Assembly: GCA_050187355.1 (NCBI GenBank)
Contig: JBFWXO010000010.1
Span: 12,586 to 76,585 of the forward strand
Length of the DNA stretch: 64,000 nucleotides
DNA from: Vicinamibacterales bacterium
GTDB lineage: Bacteria > Acidobacteriota > Vicinamibacteria > Vicinamibacterales > UBA2999
Reading direction: 5' to 3'
Shown: positions 24,743-34,209 of the stretch, one piece after another
Numbering within the stretch: the first letter of the stretch is position 1
Layout: every line of letters begins with the position of its first letter
Made by a program: the position numbers and the translations under genes
The notes under the pieces: generated by a model
Told to the model about the DNA's origin: nothing
Seen by the model: only the letters and a program-made list of their open reading frames with translations
The model's database searches: none

Positions 24743-27700
24743 TTAGAAGAGGACCTTCGCGGCCAGCTGCAGGACGCGCGGATCGCCCGCGGTCGTGATG
24801 CTGCCGAAGGCGGCCGACCCGAACACGCCGTTCGGTTGACCGAAGGACGGCGTGTTGGTGACGTTGAACGCCTCGACCCGCAGTTCGAGCGCCGTCGCGC
24901 TGCCGAGCGGCACCCGCCGGATCAGCGCGACGTCCAGGTTCCGGTGGCCCGGGCCGCGCACCGGATTGCGCGAGCTGCTGCCGATCGTGAAGGCCGGCGC
25001 CTCGGCAAACGCGCGCGTGTCGAACCAGCGGGCCGCCGAGCGCTGGCCCGCCGGCAGCCGGGGATCCCCCACGAGGTTGGGCCGCTGCGTGCCGAAGCCC
25101 GCGAAGCTGTTGTTGTTGGTGGCCTGCGTCACCGCGACCGGCATGCCCGACTGCAGCGTCACGGCGCCGGTGAGGATCCAGTCGTTGACGACGGCGCCGA
25201 CCACGCCGCGCGGCGCCCACGTGCGGTTCGCCCCGAACGGAAGGTCGTAGATCGCGGACGCGGCGAAGACGTGGGGAATGTCGCCCGTCGAGTAGTCGCG
25301 CTCGAGGCGGCGGTTGAACGTGTCGGCCACCGGGGAGTTGGCCACCGGGCCGGTGAGGATCGACGCGTCGAACACGGACGAGGCATCGTCCATCAGCCTC
25401 GACCGCGTGTAGCTCACGAGGCCGGACAACCCCCGCGAGAGGCGCTGCTCCAGCTTCACGTAGGCGCCGTGATAGCGCGTCGTCCCGACGTTGTTGCGAT
25501 AGAGGCTCACCGTCGTGTACTGGGGAAACGGCCGCAGGAGCTGCCCGGCGGGGATGGTCGGGCCGCCGAGCGACGACGAGCGCGGGACGATCCCGAAGTA
25601 GGGGTTCGGCACCCGCGCCTGCAGCGCCGGCCCCAGCGCCAGCTGGTCCACCGTGAGCTGGTTGAGGTTGGTGTCCGGCAGCCCGACACGCGTGATCGTC
25701 GAGCCGATGTAGGCCAGTTCGAGCGACAGGTTCGAGGTGAGCTCGCGCTGCACCGACGCGTTCCACTGCTGCACGTAGCCGGAGCCGAGGTCGCGGTCCA
25801 CCGAGAAGACGCCCTGGCCGAGGCCGGCCGTCGGCGTGAGGGGAATCGGCGCCACGCTCGGGCCGTCCGCCAGCACGAACGCCGGCACGATGTCGTCGAG
25901 CGACCGCTGCGACACGGTCTGCAGGAACGGGAAGACGGGGGCCGTGAAGGGCGTGGTGATGCCGGCCATCTCGATCCACACGACGCCGTAGCCGGCCCGC
26001 GCCAGCGTGCGATCCCCGATCCGCCCCACCACGCCCAGGCGTGGACCGACGTTGTCCGTGTGCAGCACGCGCGCGGCCCTGGGGACGCCGTTCCGTCCCG
26101 CGTACTCCAGCAACTGCGTCTGCAGGTTGAAGACCGCCACCTGGTCGCTCGCCTCGGTGGACGGAAAGTTGAGCGTGTAGCGGACCCCGGCATTCACCGT
26201 GATCCGGTCCGTGAGGCGCCAGTCGTCCTGGAGGAAGTACTCCTGGATGTGCGCGCGGTGCCGGATCTCGTCCCGCTGCAGATCGATGGAGAAGCTGTTG
26301 ACGCGGCCCAGGAGGAAGCTGGCCAGCGGCGTGCCGGTGCCGGGTGTCCCCGGCAGGTCGGTGAACGTGGCCGTGAAGGCGAAGGCGCCGGTGGGTGAGG
26401 GCGGCTGGATCACGTCGAGTCGCTCCCACCGCAGGTCCGCCCCCGCCTTGACGGTGTGCGCCCCCGCCATCCAGGTCAGCGTGTCGGCCGCCTGGGTGAC
26501 GCTGGTCCCGAAGTCGGACGCCGTGTTCGCCGGCGAGCCGAGCTGCTGGTAGCCGGCGACGGCGAAGGTCGGCAGCGTGGTCGGAAATCGCGCGCCGGTC
26601 GGGATGCCCGGCAGGCCGAGGGTTGACGAGACGGTCCCGCTCAGCTCCGCGGCACGGCGGCGCACGCGGCGCCGCGTGTCACCCAGACGCAGCTGGTTCA
26701 GCACCCGATCGGAGACGGCGCGCTGGTGGCTCGAGGCGAACGACCAGGCGGTCGTCGTCTGTGGGCCGCGCGTGCCGGCCGTCACGCCGCTGCCGTCGGG
26801 CAGCGGCGTCACCGGGAGGACGCGCTCGCGGAAGCGCGTCAGCCGCGCGAAGGCGAGATCCCGGGCCCCGAACCGGTGGTCCAGCCGGACGCCCAGCAGA
26901 TCCTGATCGACGCGCTCGTCGGCCACGCGGCGGTAGTTGTTCGCGGTGCCGGCGCCGGTCGGGAGGGGGTAGCGCTCGAGGAGCGCCCGCGCCACCGGAT
27001 CGAACCGGGCCGCCGGAATCGCGTTCCCGGGAAACGGGATGCGCGTGGCGGCCGTCGCCCCGGTGGCCGGGTCGTAGATCACGGGCACGCGCCCGCCGAT
27101 CGCCTCGGTGAAGATGCCCTGGCGCTGCAGCACGGTGGGCACGGTGGAGATCGCCGTGCGCCCGATGGTCTGCCGCTGCCCCTGGTAGTCGGCGAAGAAG
27201 AACGTCCGATCCCGGGTGACGGGACCGCCGGCGACGCCGCCGAACTGGTGGCGCCGGAAGCGCGGCGCGGCGGCCCCGGAGGGGGCGAAGTAGTTGCGGG
27301 CGTTCAGCGCCTCGTGGCGGAAGAACTCGAACGCGCTGCCGTGAAGGGAGTTCGTCCCGGCCTTCGTCGTCAGGTTGACCACGCCGCCGTTGAAGCGGCC
27401 GAATTCGGCGGGCGGGCTGTTGCTCTCGATCTTGAATTCCTGGATGGCGTCGAGGTTCGGGAAGAACGCCACCTGGCCGGGCTCCGGCTGCAGCACCGAG
27501 ATGCCGTCGAACAGGTACTCGTTCGTGCGCGGCCGCCCGCCGTTGATGCGCGGCAGCAGCGAGCCGGGCGGCAGGGCGACGCCCGGGACCAGGCTCGCGA
27601 GCGTGATGAAGCTGCGGCCGTCGAGCGGGACGGCCCCGAGGGTGCGCGCCCCGACGACCTGGCCCAGCGAGGAGGTCTCCCGCAGCAGCGGCGCGTCGGC

Positions 27701-28072
27701 CGTGACGGTGATGGCTTCGCTGACGCCGCCGACCTCGAGCCGCAGGCTGAGGCGAATCGTCTCGCCCGTCGCGACGCGGACGCCCTCGCGCGCGACCGGC
27801 CGGAAGCCGCTGAGCGCGGCGGCGACGCGGTAGACACCCGGGGCGAGCCCCACCGCCACGAAGCCGCCGTTCGCGCCGGTCACGACCGTGCGCGACCGGT
27901 TCGTGTCCACGGCGGTGGCCGTCACGACGACACCGGGCAGCGGGACCGCGTCCGGTCCGATGACGGTCCCCGCGATGGCGCCGGCGCCGATCTGGGCCGC
28001 GGCCGCCGGAGCCAGGCCGCCGAGCACGAGGGCGCACGCGCCCGCTGCCACCCGTCCGCGCCATCGCGTCAT
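24743..28072 (-). CDS. TonB-dependent receptor-like outer membrane protein with N-terminal carboxypeptidase-regulatory-like domain
   Basis: 1109 aa. It has a signal peptide, a CarboxypepD_reg module (GVVVTATAVDTNRSRTVVTGANGGFVAVGLAPGVYRV), a plug-like region (INGGRPRTNEYLFDGISV), and a beta-barrel that ends in the aromatic terminus ...AAKVLF. Confidence 0.88.
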   Translation of the reverse strand: MTRWRGRVAAGACALVLGGLAPAAAAQIGAGAIAGTVIGPDAVPLPGVVVTATAVDTNRSRTVVTGANGGFVAVGLAPGVYRVAAALSGFRPVAREGVRVATGETIRLSLRLEVGGVSEAITVTADAPLLRETSSLGQVVGARTLGAVPLDGRSFITLASLVPGVALPPGSLLPRINGGRPRTNEYLFDGISVLQPEPGQVAFFPNLDAIQEFKIESNSPPAEFGRFNGGVVNLTTKAGTNSLHGSAFEFFRHEALNARNYFAPSGAAAPRFRRHQFGGVAGGPVTRDRTFFFADYQGQRQTIGRTAISTVPTVLQRQGIFTEAIGGRVPVIYDPATGATAATRIPFPGNAIPAARFDPVARALLERYPLPTGAGTANNYRRVADERVDQDLLGVRLDHRFGARDLAFARLTRFRERVLPVTPLPDGSGVTAGTRGPQTTTAWSFASSHQRAVSDRVLNQLRLGDTRRRVRRRAAELSGTVSSTLGLPGIPTGARFPTTLPTFAVAGYQQLGSPANTASDFGTSVTQAADTLTWMAGAHTVKAGADLRWERLDVIQPPSPTGAFAFTATFTDLPGTPGTGTPLASFLLGRVNSFSIDLQRDEIRHRAHIQEYFLQDDWRLTDRITVNAGVRYTLNFPSTEASDQVAVFNLQTQLLEYAGRNGVPRAARVLHTDNVGPRLGVVGRIGDRTLARAGYGVVWIEMAGITTPFTAPVFPFLQTVSQRSLDDIVPAFVLADGPSVAPIPLTPTAGLGQGVFSVDRDLGSGYVQQWNASVQRELTSNLSLELAYIGSTITRVGLPDTNLNQLTVDQLALGPALQARVPNPYFGIVPRSSSLGGPTIPAGQLLRPFPQYTTVSLYRNNVGTTRYHGAYVKLEQRLSRGLSGLVSYTRSRLMDDASSVFDASILTGPVANSPVADTFNRRLERDYSTGDIPHVFAASAIYDLPFGANRTWAPRGVVGAVVNDWILTGAVTLQSGMPVAVTQATNNNSFAGFGTQRPNLVGDPRLPAGQRSAARWFDTRAFAEAPAFTIGSSSRNPVRGPGHRNLDVALIRRVPLGSATALELRVEAFNVTNTPSFGQPNGVFGSAAFGSITTAGDPRVLQLAAKVLF

Positions 28073-28088
28073 GTGCCGCGACGGACTC

Positions 28089-28138
28089 TAGAACGTTCTA
28101 TTTCGTGAATCAAATCGCATTGAAGCGTATTGAAGCGA
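28089..28138. promoter_or_regulatory. Palindrome TAGAACGTTCTA plus tandem decamer ATTGAAGCGW x2 in the divergent promoter region
   Basis: Perfect 12-bp palindrome at 28089-28100. Direct repeats at 28119-28138. This is the only AT-rich patch between the OMP gene and the ceramidase-like gene. Confidence 0.35.
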
Positions 28139-28229
28139 ATCACCTGAACCCGCTGGCCCGACAGCGCCCGGCCGCGTATACTGCCGCCGCCCCGCGGCGT
28201 GGCCCTGACGCCGGCCCCGGGCACAGGCG

Positions 28230-30299
28230 ATGCCGCAAGGTGCTGACCGCGTGCCGACGGCCTGGATGCCCCGGGCCACCGGGCCTGCCCGGGCGACGCC
28301 GGCCCTGACCGCCGCCGCTCTGGCCCTGGTGCTCACGGCCACGGCGAGCCAGGCCGGCCAGACGCCGCGCCTGCTGGCGGGCGCGGCCGTCGAGGACATC
28401 ACCCCCGTTCCGGGCTTCGCCAACGGCGGCCACTCCCGTGAAGGCGCCGTCGCTCGCGGCTACTGGGGCCGGCTGACGGCGACGGCCCTGTACTTCGAGA
28501 CGGACACCGGCGACGGGCTGGCCCTGGTGTCGTGCGATCTGTTCGCCGTGGCCGCGGGCCTCCACGCGATGGTGGCGGAACGCCTGGCGGCGCCGACGGC
28601 CGGTCCCGCCCTGCGCGTGCCGCGCGAGCGTCTGGTGATCGCCGCCACCCACACGCACCACGGTCCCGGGAACTTCCTGAGCTCGGCGGTCTACAACAGC
28701 CAGGCCTCGGCCCGCTCCGGGTACAGCCCCGCGCTGCGCGAATTCCTGGCCTCGCGCATCGTCGAGGCGGTCCGCCGCGCCGCGGCCGACGCGCGCGCCG
28801 GCGCGGCCTCACGGATCGACGTCGCCACGCACGAGGTGAGCCCGGAGCTGTTCATGAACCGATCGCCGAAGACCTTCCTGCGCGACGGCGCGCACGCCGA
28901 GATCCTGGCGGCGCTCGGCGGGGGCATCAGCGGCGACGCGGACGCCTGCGCGGCGGCGCGGCGCGACGGCGAGCCGCGGTCCGACTGGCGGCTCGACGGG
29001 TGTCCGCGGCTGCGGGCGGTGGACCGTCACGTGACGGCGCTGCGGGTGTGGCGCGCGGGACGCCTGCACGCGGCGGCCGTGTTCCTCAACGTGCACCCAA
29101 CCGTGATGCGTCCGGGCACGCCCGTCACCACCGCCGACGTGTTCGGCGTGGCCCGCGCGCGCCTGGCGGACGTCGCGCCGGTCGTGGCGTTCTTCAACGG
29201 CACCGAGGGCGATGTCGTCACCCGCCGCCGGGCGCGGCACGCCCGCGACCTGGCCGGCCTCGGCCAGGCCCTGGCCGACGAACTGAGAGTGGCGCTCCAG
29301 ATGCCGGGCGACGCGATCGATGCCGGCGGCGGCGTCGCCGGCCGCCTGCACTTCGCCGCACCCGGGGACGTCGAGCAGGACACTACCGGGACGTGGCGGC
29401 TGGCCGGCGAGGCGATGGCCGGCGTCGCCACGCTGGGCGGGGCCGAGGGCGACCGCACGATCTTCTGGCGCCTGGGACTCGTGCGCCCGGCCGCGCGTCG
29501 CCGCCCGCGCGGCGAGCACGGCGTGAAGGTGCCCGCGCTCGGCTGGTTCCGCCGGTTCATCGCGGCTCCCACTGACTTCCCGCAGGCGCTGCCGATCGGC
29601 GTGCTCACCATTGGCGGCCTGCGCCTGGCCACGGTGCCCACCGAGGTGAGCACCGCGACGGGCTGGCGGATCCGGCAGGCGGTCGGCGCGCTCCCGTACG
29701 GCCGGTTCGAGATCGTGGCGCTGGCCGGCGAGTATGCGTCCTACACCGCGACCCGCGACGAGTACGGCGCGCAGGACTACATGGGCGCGTCCACGTTCTG
29801 GGGGCCGGAGGAGGCGGGCTTCCTGGCCGCGGCGGTCGCGCGCCTGAGCGCGGAAGCGCCCGGCATGTCCGGCACGCCCGGGCCCGATGCGCCCGGCCGC
29901 TGGCGGGAATTCGGACCGCGGGACGTCGGCGGCCGCCGCTCGCGCGTGGTCGACGGCTTTCGGCGCCTTCTCGACGGCGGCCTCGTGAGCCGCCGTGAGC
30001 TGCCCGTGTTCGAGTGGTGCGAGCCGCCGCCGACGACGGTGGGCGCCGGCGTGCGGACCGTGACCGTCGTCGAGACGGGCGGTGGCGGAACGGCGGACAC
30101 GGACGTCCTCGTCGTGCTCAACGGCCGCCCGGCCACGACCGGCGCGCGCTGGGCCGCGATCTGGCTGACGCCGCTGTGGGCGCCCGCGCCGGCGGCCTAC
30201 CGCTTTCGTGTCACCACGCCCGCGGCCGCGCTGGAGTCGGAGCCATTCACCCTGGGGCACTCGCCGCCCGGCGCCTGTCCGCCTGCCGCGTTCCACTAG
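28230..30299 (+). CDS. Neutral/alkaline ceramidase-like hydrolase (secreted)
   Basis: AGAAVEDITPVPGF...ARGYWGRLTATALYF...LVSCDLF and VIAATHTHHGPGNF resemble the Ceramidase_alk N-terminal domain signatures. It has a signal peptide. The exact start is uncertain (28230 or 28266). Confidence 0.6.
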   Translation: MPQGADRVPTAWMPRATGPARATPALTAAALALVLTATASQAGQTPRLLAGAAVEDITPVPGFANGGHSREGAVARGYWGRLTATALYFETDTGDGLALVSCDLFAVAAGLHAMVAERLAAPTAGPALRVPRERLVIAATHTHHGPGNFLSSAVYNSQASARSGYSPALREFLASRIVEAVRRAAADARAGAASRIDVATHEVSPELFMNRSPKTFLRDGAHAEILAALGGGISGDADACAAARRDGEPRSDWRLDGCPRLRAVDRHVTALRVWRAGRLHAAAVFLNVHPTVMRPGTPVTTADVFGVARARLADVAPVVAFFNGTEGDVVTRRRARHARDLAGLGQALADELRVALQMPGDAIDAGGGVAGRLHFAAPGDVEQDTTGTWRLAGEAMAGVATLGGAEGDRTIFWRLGLVRPAARRRPRGEHGVKVPALGWFRRFIAAPTDFPQALPIGVLTIGGLRLATVPTEVSTATGWRIRQAVGALPYGRFEIVALAGEYASYTATRDEYGAQDYMGASTFWGPEEAGFLAAAVARLSAEAPGMSGTPGPDAPGRWREFGPRDVGGRRSRVVDGFRRLLDGGLVSRRELPVFEWCEPPPTTVGAGVRTVTVVETGGGGTADTDVLVVLNGRPATTGARWAAIWLTPLWAPAPAAYRFRVTTPAAALESEPFTLGHSPPGACPPAAFH

Positions 30300-30393
30300 C
30301 GCCGGGGAGAGAATCCGCGCGCCGGGTCCGTCTGACGACCAACGCTCGGCAACCCGGCACGCACGCTGACGAGGGGGCGAAGGGAGATGCACG

Positions 30394-32439
30394 ATGGTCC
30401 AGACACGTTCTGCTGAGGGCGCGGCGCTTCGCGTCCGGATCGCGGCCCTGTGCCTGCTGGCGCTGGTCGCCGGCCCGCGCGCCGAACGCCGGCCTCCGCC
30501 GCCGCCGTTCCCGCCGGCGGCCGCGCCCGACGCGCCGGCGGCGTGCTCGACGCGTCCGGCCCTCGCTCGGACGTGGGACGCGGCGTGGCACAGCCTCGGC
30601 ATCGCGCCCGCCGAATCGCCTGAGGCCCTCGGCGACTTCGCCGCGACCCGATGGTTCGGATCGCGCAACTGGTTCCCGGTGGACGGCCAGGCCCACCTGT
30701 TCTGCGGGCGCTTGTCGGAATGGAGCCTCTACGACGGGCAGCCCTTCACGGCGCACGAACTGGACATCCACCCCAACATCGTGCCGGGTGCGGGCTTCGA
30801 GTACCTCATCGACGATCTGCCCTCACGCGCGCAGCACGCCGTCCGCCGGTGCCGCGACGGCCGCGATCGGTCCTGCATCTACGGCGAAGCGACGGCGTCG
30901 ACGGAGATCACGACGTGGCTCCTCGGCGCCACCGATCCGGGTCGGATCGCGACGGACCGGTACCAGGACTCGGCGGCATGCATCTACGGGCCGTGGGTCA
31001 TGGAGCGCGTACACGGATGGCTGCCCGAGATTCACCCGTTCCGCCAGTTCTGGGCAGCCGAGGACCGCGGCAGCACGGAGCGCGTCGCGCTCGTGCTCAC
31101 TGGGGACTCCTCGAATCGCTACGGCGACCCGGACCAGTTCAAGGCCTATGGCCCGCGGCCGCAGCCGCGTCCCTGGACGCGCCGGGGCCTGCGCGAGCGC
31201 CTCGGTCTCGCGTTCGAGATCGCGGCCGGCGGACGTGGGGAGATCGCGATCGCCGAGTCGAAGGTTTTCGGCCTGCGCCGGGGCGCGCCGCCCCCCACGG
31301 TCACCCGGTCGTTCGGCGACGCGACACTGCGCCTCGACATACCGGCGTGGATGTCGGTCGACCGCACCGAGGCGTGCTCGGCCGAGGTGGAGGGTCGCCC
31401 CGTCGTGCGCGGAGTGGCGTGGCTCGACGCCGCGCTGGACCCGCCCCTGGATTCCAAGCCGAACGAAGCGGCGGGGGCGGCGCTGTCCATCAGCCGGCGC
31501 GGTTTCGCGCGACCGGTGCCGTCCGCCCATCTGGCCATTGCCCCCGTCTCGCCTGAGCCGCCGACGCCGGCCGCTCCGCCGACCGACGAGGCGCGCGAGC
31601 CGATGCTCACGATGGAGGTCCTGGACCTGCGGACCACCGACGCCGGGCCGTACGCGGAGCCGCTCCAGCGCACCGCCGCGGCCTGGGGCCTCGAGCCCAC
31701 CGCTCGCGACTGGCACGCCCATGGCCGCCAGACGCTGACGGTGCGCGCGTACTACACGGGGCGCTCGGTGGAAGCCCGCGAGAAGGCGGCTGAGCTGAAC
31801 CGTCGTATCGGCGACGGGCAGGGGAGCCTCGTCGATGTCACCTGGTCCTTCGAGCCCGTGCTGCTGGACCCGGACGGGGCCGCTCGTCCGTCGGTGGGTG
31901 GTCGCGCCGGTCCGCAGCAGTACGGCATCCTCGTGGCGGGCGGCGATGCGATTCGCACGCACGTCACGGGCATCGGCGGACCCACCGCACTCAAGGGATC
32001 GCGGGAGGGGATGTGGCGGTCGCTCGTCGAGGTCACGCCGCCGGGCCGGGCCCTCGGCGGCGTGCCCCGTTGGTCGCCCCGGCTGCGACTGACGGCGAGA
32101 CTCGCGGATCGGGAAGGGCGCTCGGGCACGTTCTCCTACGACCTGCACACCTACCTGCCTGTGTTCGCCGAGGTGTCCAAGCGCCAGGAGCCGCCCGCCA
32201 CCTTCCTCCTGGCGGTGGCCAGGCGGGTGAATCGCCCCGCGGTGCCGCCGGCGGAGATCGCGCGAACGCTCGGGCGGGACTGGGCGACGCCCGCCGGCCC
32301 GGACGATGCGGCAGCGCGGCGCGCCCGGATCTTCCGCACGGCCTACCTGACCGCGGCGCGCGACAACGATCTCGATCCCGACGAGTGGCTGGCCCTGCTC
32401 GACCACGCCCGGCGCTACGCCGACGCGCGCTGGCCCTGA
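30394..32439 (+). CDS. Orphan secreted protein, 681 aa, no recognised family
   Basis: Long ORF with protein-like composition and a hydrophobic N-terminus (IAALCLLALVAG). It contains GPWVMERVHGWLPEIHP, a motif also seen in the 14743-15762 protein. Confidence 0.6.
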   Translation: MVQTRSAEGAALRVRIAALCLLALVAGPRAERRPPPPPFPPAAAPDAPAACSTRPALARTWDAAWHSLGIAPAESPEALGDFAATRWFGSRNWFPVDGQAHLFCGRLSEWSLYDGQPFTAHELDIHPNIVPGAGFEYLIDDLPSRAQHAVRRCRDGRDRSCIYGEATASTEITTWLLGATDPGRIATDRYQDSAACIYGPWVMERVHGWLPEIHPFRQFWAAEDRGSTERVALVLTGDSSNRYGDPDQFKAYGPRPQPRPWTRRGLRERLGLAFEIAAGGRGEIAIAESKVFGLRRGAPPPTVTRSFGDATLRLDIPAWMSVDRTEACSAEVEGRPVVRGVAWLDAALDPPLDSKPNEAAGAALSISRRGFARPVPSAHLAIAPVSPEPPTPAAPPTDEAREPMLTMEVLDLRTTDAGPYAEPLQRTAAAWGLEPTARDWHAHGRQTLTVRAYYTGRSVEAREKAAELNRRIGDGQGSLVDVTWSFEPVLLDPDGAARPSVGGRAGPQQYGILVAGGDAIRTHVTGIGGPTALKGSREGMWRSLVEVTPPGRALGGVPRWSPRLRLTARLADREGRSGTFSYDLHTYLPVFAEVSKRQEPPATFLLAVARRVNRPAVPPAEIARTLGRDWATPAGPDDAAARRARIFRTAYLTAARDNDLDPDEWLALLDHARRYADARWP

Positions 32440-32497
32440 AGCCGGGCGCAGCTGCCAGCGGGGGCGTTGCGGCACGCGGCGGCGGCCGGGGCGAAGG

Positions 32498-33202
32498 TCA
32501 GGCGACCGTCGAGGACGCCGGCGCGGGGGCCGGTTCCCCCGCTGTCGGCGCTCCCGCCCCGGGCGCGGGGGCGTCCGGCGTCCCGGCCTGGACCCACGCG
32601 TAGCGCTGCACGGCGATCGAGACGACCGTCAGGCTCACGGTCGCCGCGGCAGGCCCGGCGGGAGCCTCCTGGGGGTCGGCCGGCGGCGCCGCGGCGCCCC
32701 GGCGGCGGGCGTCCACGGCGGCGAGGGCCTGGTTGAGCTCGTCCTTGCCGATGACGCCGTCGCCGTCGGCGTCGACGCGGTCGAATGCGCGTTCGAGGCG
32801 CCGCCCGAGGCGGCCGACTCCGTGGCCGTGGTGGTGGTCGTGACGTCGCGAGTCCTCGGTCCGGCCGTAGCCGCCGCGGAGCAGGCGGCGCGCGCCGGCC
32901 CTGAACTCGTCCTCGGTGACGGCGCCGTCCTGATTGGCGTCCAGCGCCCCGAAGAGCGCGTCGGCGCGGTTCGGCTCGCGCGGCACCGGCGCGCCAGGCA
33001 CCGGGGGCACGGCGCCATCCTCGGACCTGGCCGCGTCCGGCGCGTTGGCCGGGGCGGCGGGGGCGTCAGGCGGCGCCGCGCCGCCCGACGACAGGGTGAC
33101 GCGATCGACCGGGGCGGCCGGGGCCGCCAGCCCGAACGACGACGACACGGTCAGCTGCACGGCCGAGAAGGAGAACGTCTGCGCGATGCCGTTGATGGTC
33201 AC
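32498..33202 (-). CDS. EF-hand calcium-binding protein
   Basis: GTG at 33202 with a GAGGTGA RBS 5 nt upstream. ATG 33379 would abut the divergent gene. There are two canonical 12-residue loops, DANQDGAVTEDE and DADGDGVIGKDE, separated by a His-rich segment (RRHDHHHGHG). Confidence 0.7.
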   Translation of the reverse strand: MTINGIAQTFSFSAVQLTVSSSFGLAAPAAPVDRVTLSSGGAAPPDAPAAPANAPDAARSEDGAVPPVPGAPVPREPNRADALFGALDANQDGAVTEDEFRAGARRLLRGGYGRTEDSRRHDHHHGHGVGRLGRRLERAFDRVDADGDGVIGKDELNQALAAVDARRRGAAAPPADPQEAPAGPAAATVSLTVVSIAVQRYAWVQAGTPDAPAPGAGAPTAGEPAPAPASSTVA

Positions 33203-33381
33203 CTGATCACCTCGCTGCCCGGCCCTGGGGACGGCCTGGCCGCCTAATCGGCGGCCATTTCCGTGGCTGGATGTCCTGAATGGGGACACCCGGTCGTCCG
33301 CGGCCGCCGCAGCTCGGACCGGCCTCCGAGGCCCGATGGCGGGATCCGCCGCCAAATCGCGATTCATGGGCAGGTGCACCC

Positions 33382-34209
33382 ATGACCCCCCGGACCCTCA
33401 CCGTCGTGACCGCCCATCCGGACGACGAGTCCCTCGGATTCGGCGGCGCCATCGCCCGCTACGCGGAGGCGGGCGCCGACGTCACCCTCGTGACCGCCAC
33501 GCGCGGTGAACGGGGCCGCTGGCGCGGCACGCCGTTCGGCGCCGATGGTCACCCCGGGGCCGACGCGCTGGGTCAGCTCCGCGAGGCGGAACTGCGCGCG
33601 GCGGCCGGGGTGCTGGGCGTGCGGCGCGTGGACCTGCTCGGCTACGGGGATCAGGGCGTGGACCGGGTGCCGCCGCAGTCGGCCATCGCCGCCATCGCCG
33701 CGCATCTGCGCCGCGAGCGCCCGTCGGTGGTCCTCACGTTCGGTCCCGATGGCGCCTACGGGCACCCCGACCACATCGCCATGTCGCAACTCACGTCCGC
33801 GGCCGTCGTCGCCGCCGCGAATCCCGCCTTCGACACCGGCGACCCCGACGCCGGCCGGCCGCACGCCGTGGCGAAGCTCTACTTCCTGGCGTGGCCGGAA
33901 GAGGCCTGGGCCGCCTACCAGGCGGCGTTCACGACGCTCGTGAGCCGAGTGGACGGGGTCGAGCGCCGCGCCGTGCCATGGCCGGACTGGGCCATCACCA
34001 CTACGATTGACACCAGCGCCGTCGCCGACCGGGTGTGGCGGGCCGTGCAGTGCCACGACTCGCAGATCTCGGGGTACGAGGCCCTGCGCCGCGTTTCGGA
34101 TCGCCACCGGGACGCCATCTGGAGCCGGCTGTCGTTCTACCGCGCGTTCAGTACTGTCAATGGCGGGCGCACCACCGAGCGTGACGTCTTCGAAGGACTG
34201 CCCTCATGA
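33382..34209 (+). CDS. PIG-L/LmbE-family N-acetylglucosaminyl deacetylase
   Basis: VVTAHPDDESLGFGG and HPDH motifs. Confidence 0.88.
   Translation: MTPRTLTVVTAHPDDESLGFGGAIARYAEAGADVTLVTATRGERGRWRGTPFGADGHPGADALGQLREAELRAAAGVLGVRRVDLLGYGDQGVDRVPPQSAIAAIAAHLRRERPSVVLTFGPDGAYGHPDHIAMSQLTSAAVVAAANPAFDTGDPDAGRPHAVAKLYFLAWPEEAWAAYQAAFTTLVSRVDGVERRAVPWPDWAITTTIDTSAVADRVWRAVQCHDSQISGYEALRRVSDRHRDAIWSRLSFYRAFSTVNGGRTTERDVFEGLPS

Noticed and set aside
22851-26429. Upstream 1190 codons of the 1545-aa minus-strand ORF 21792-26429
   Set aside because: The real gene starts at ATG 22850 (GntR-PP2C). The upstream part runs antisense through the amidase gene and out of frame through the OMP gene.
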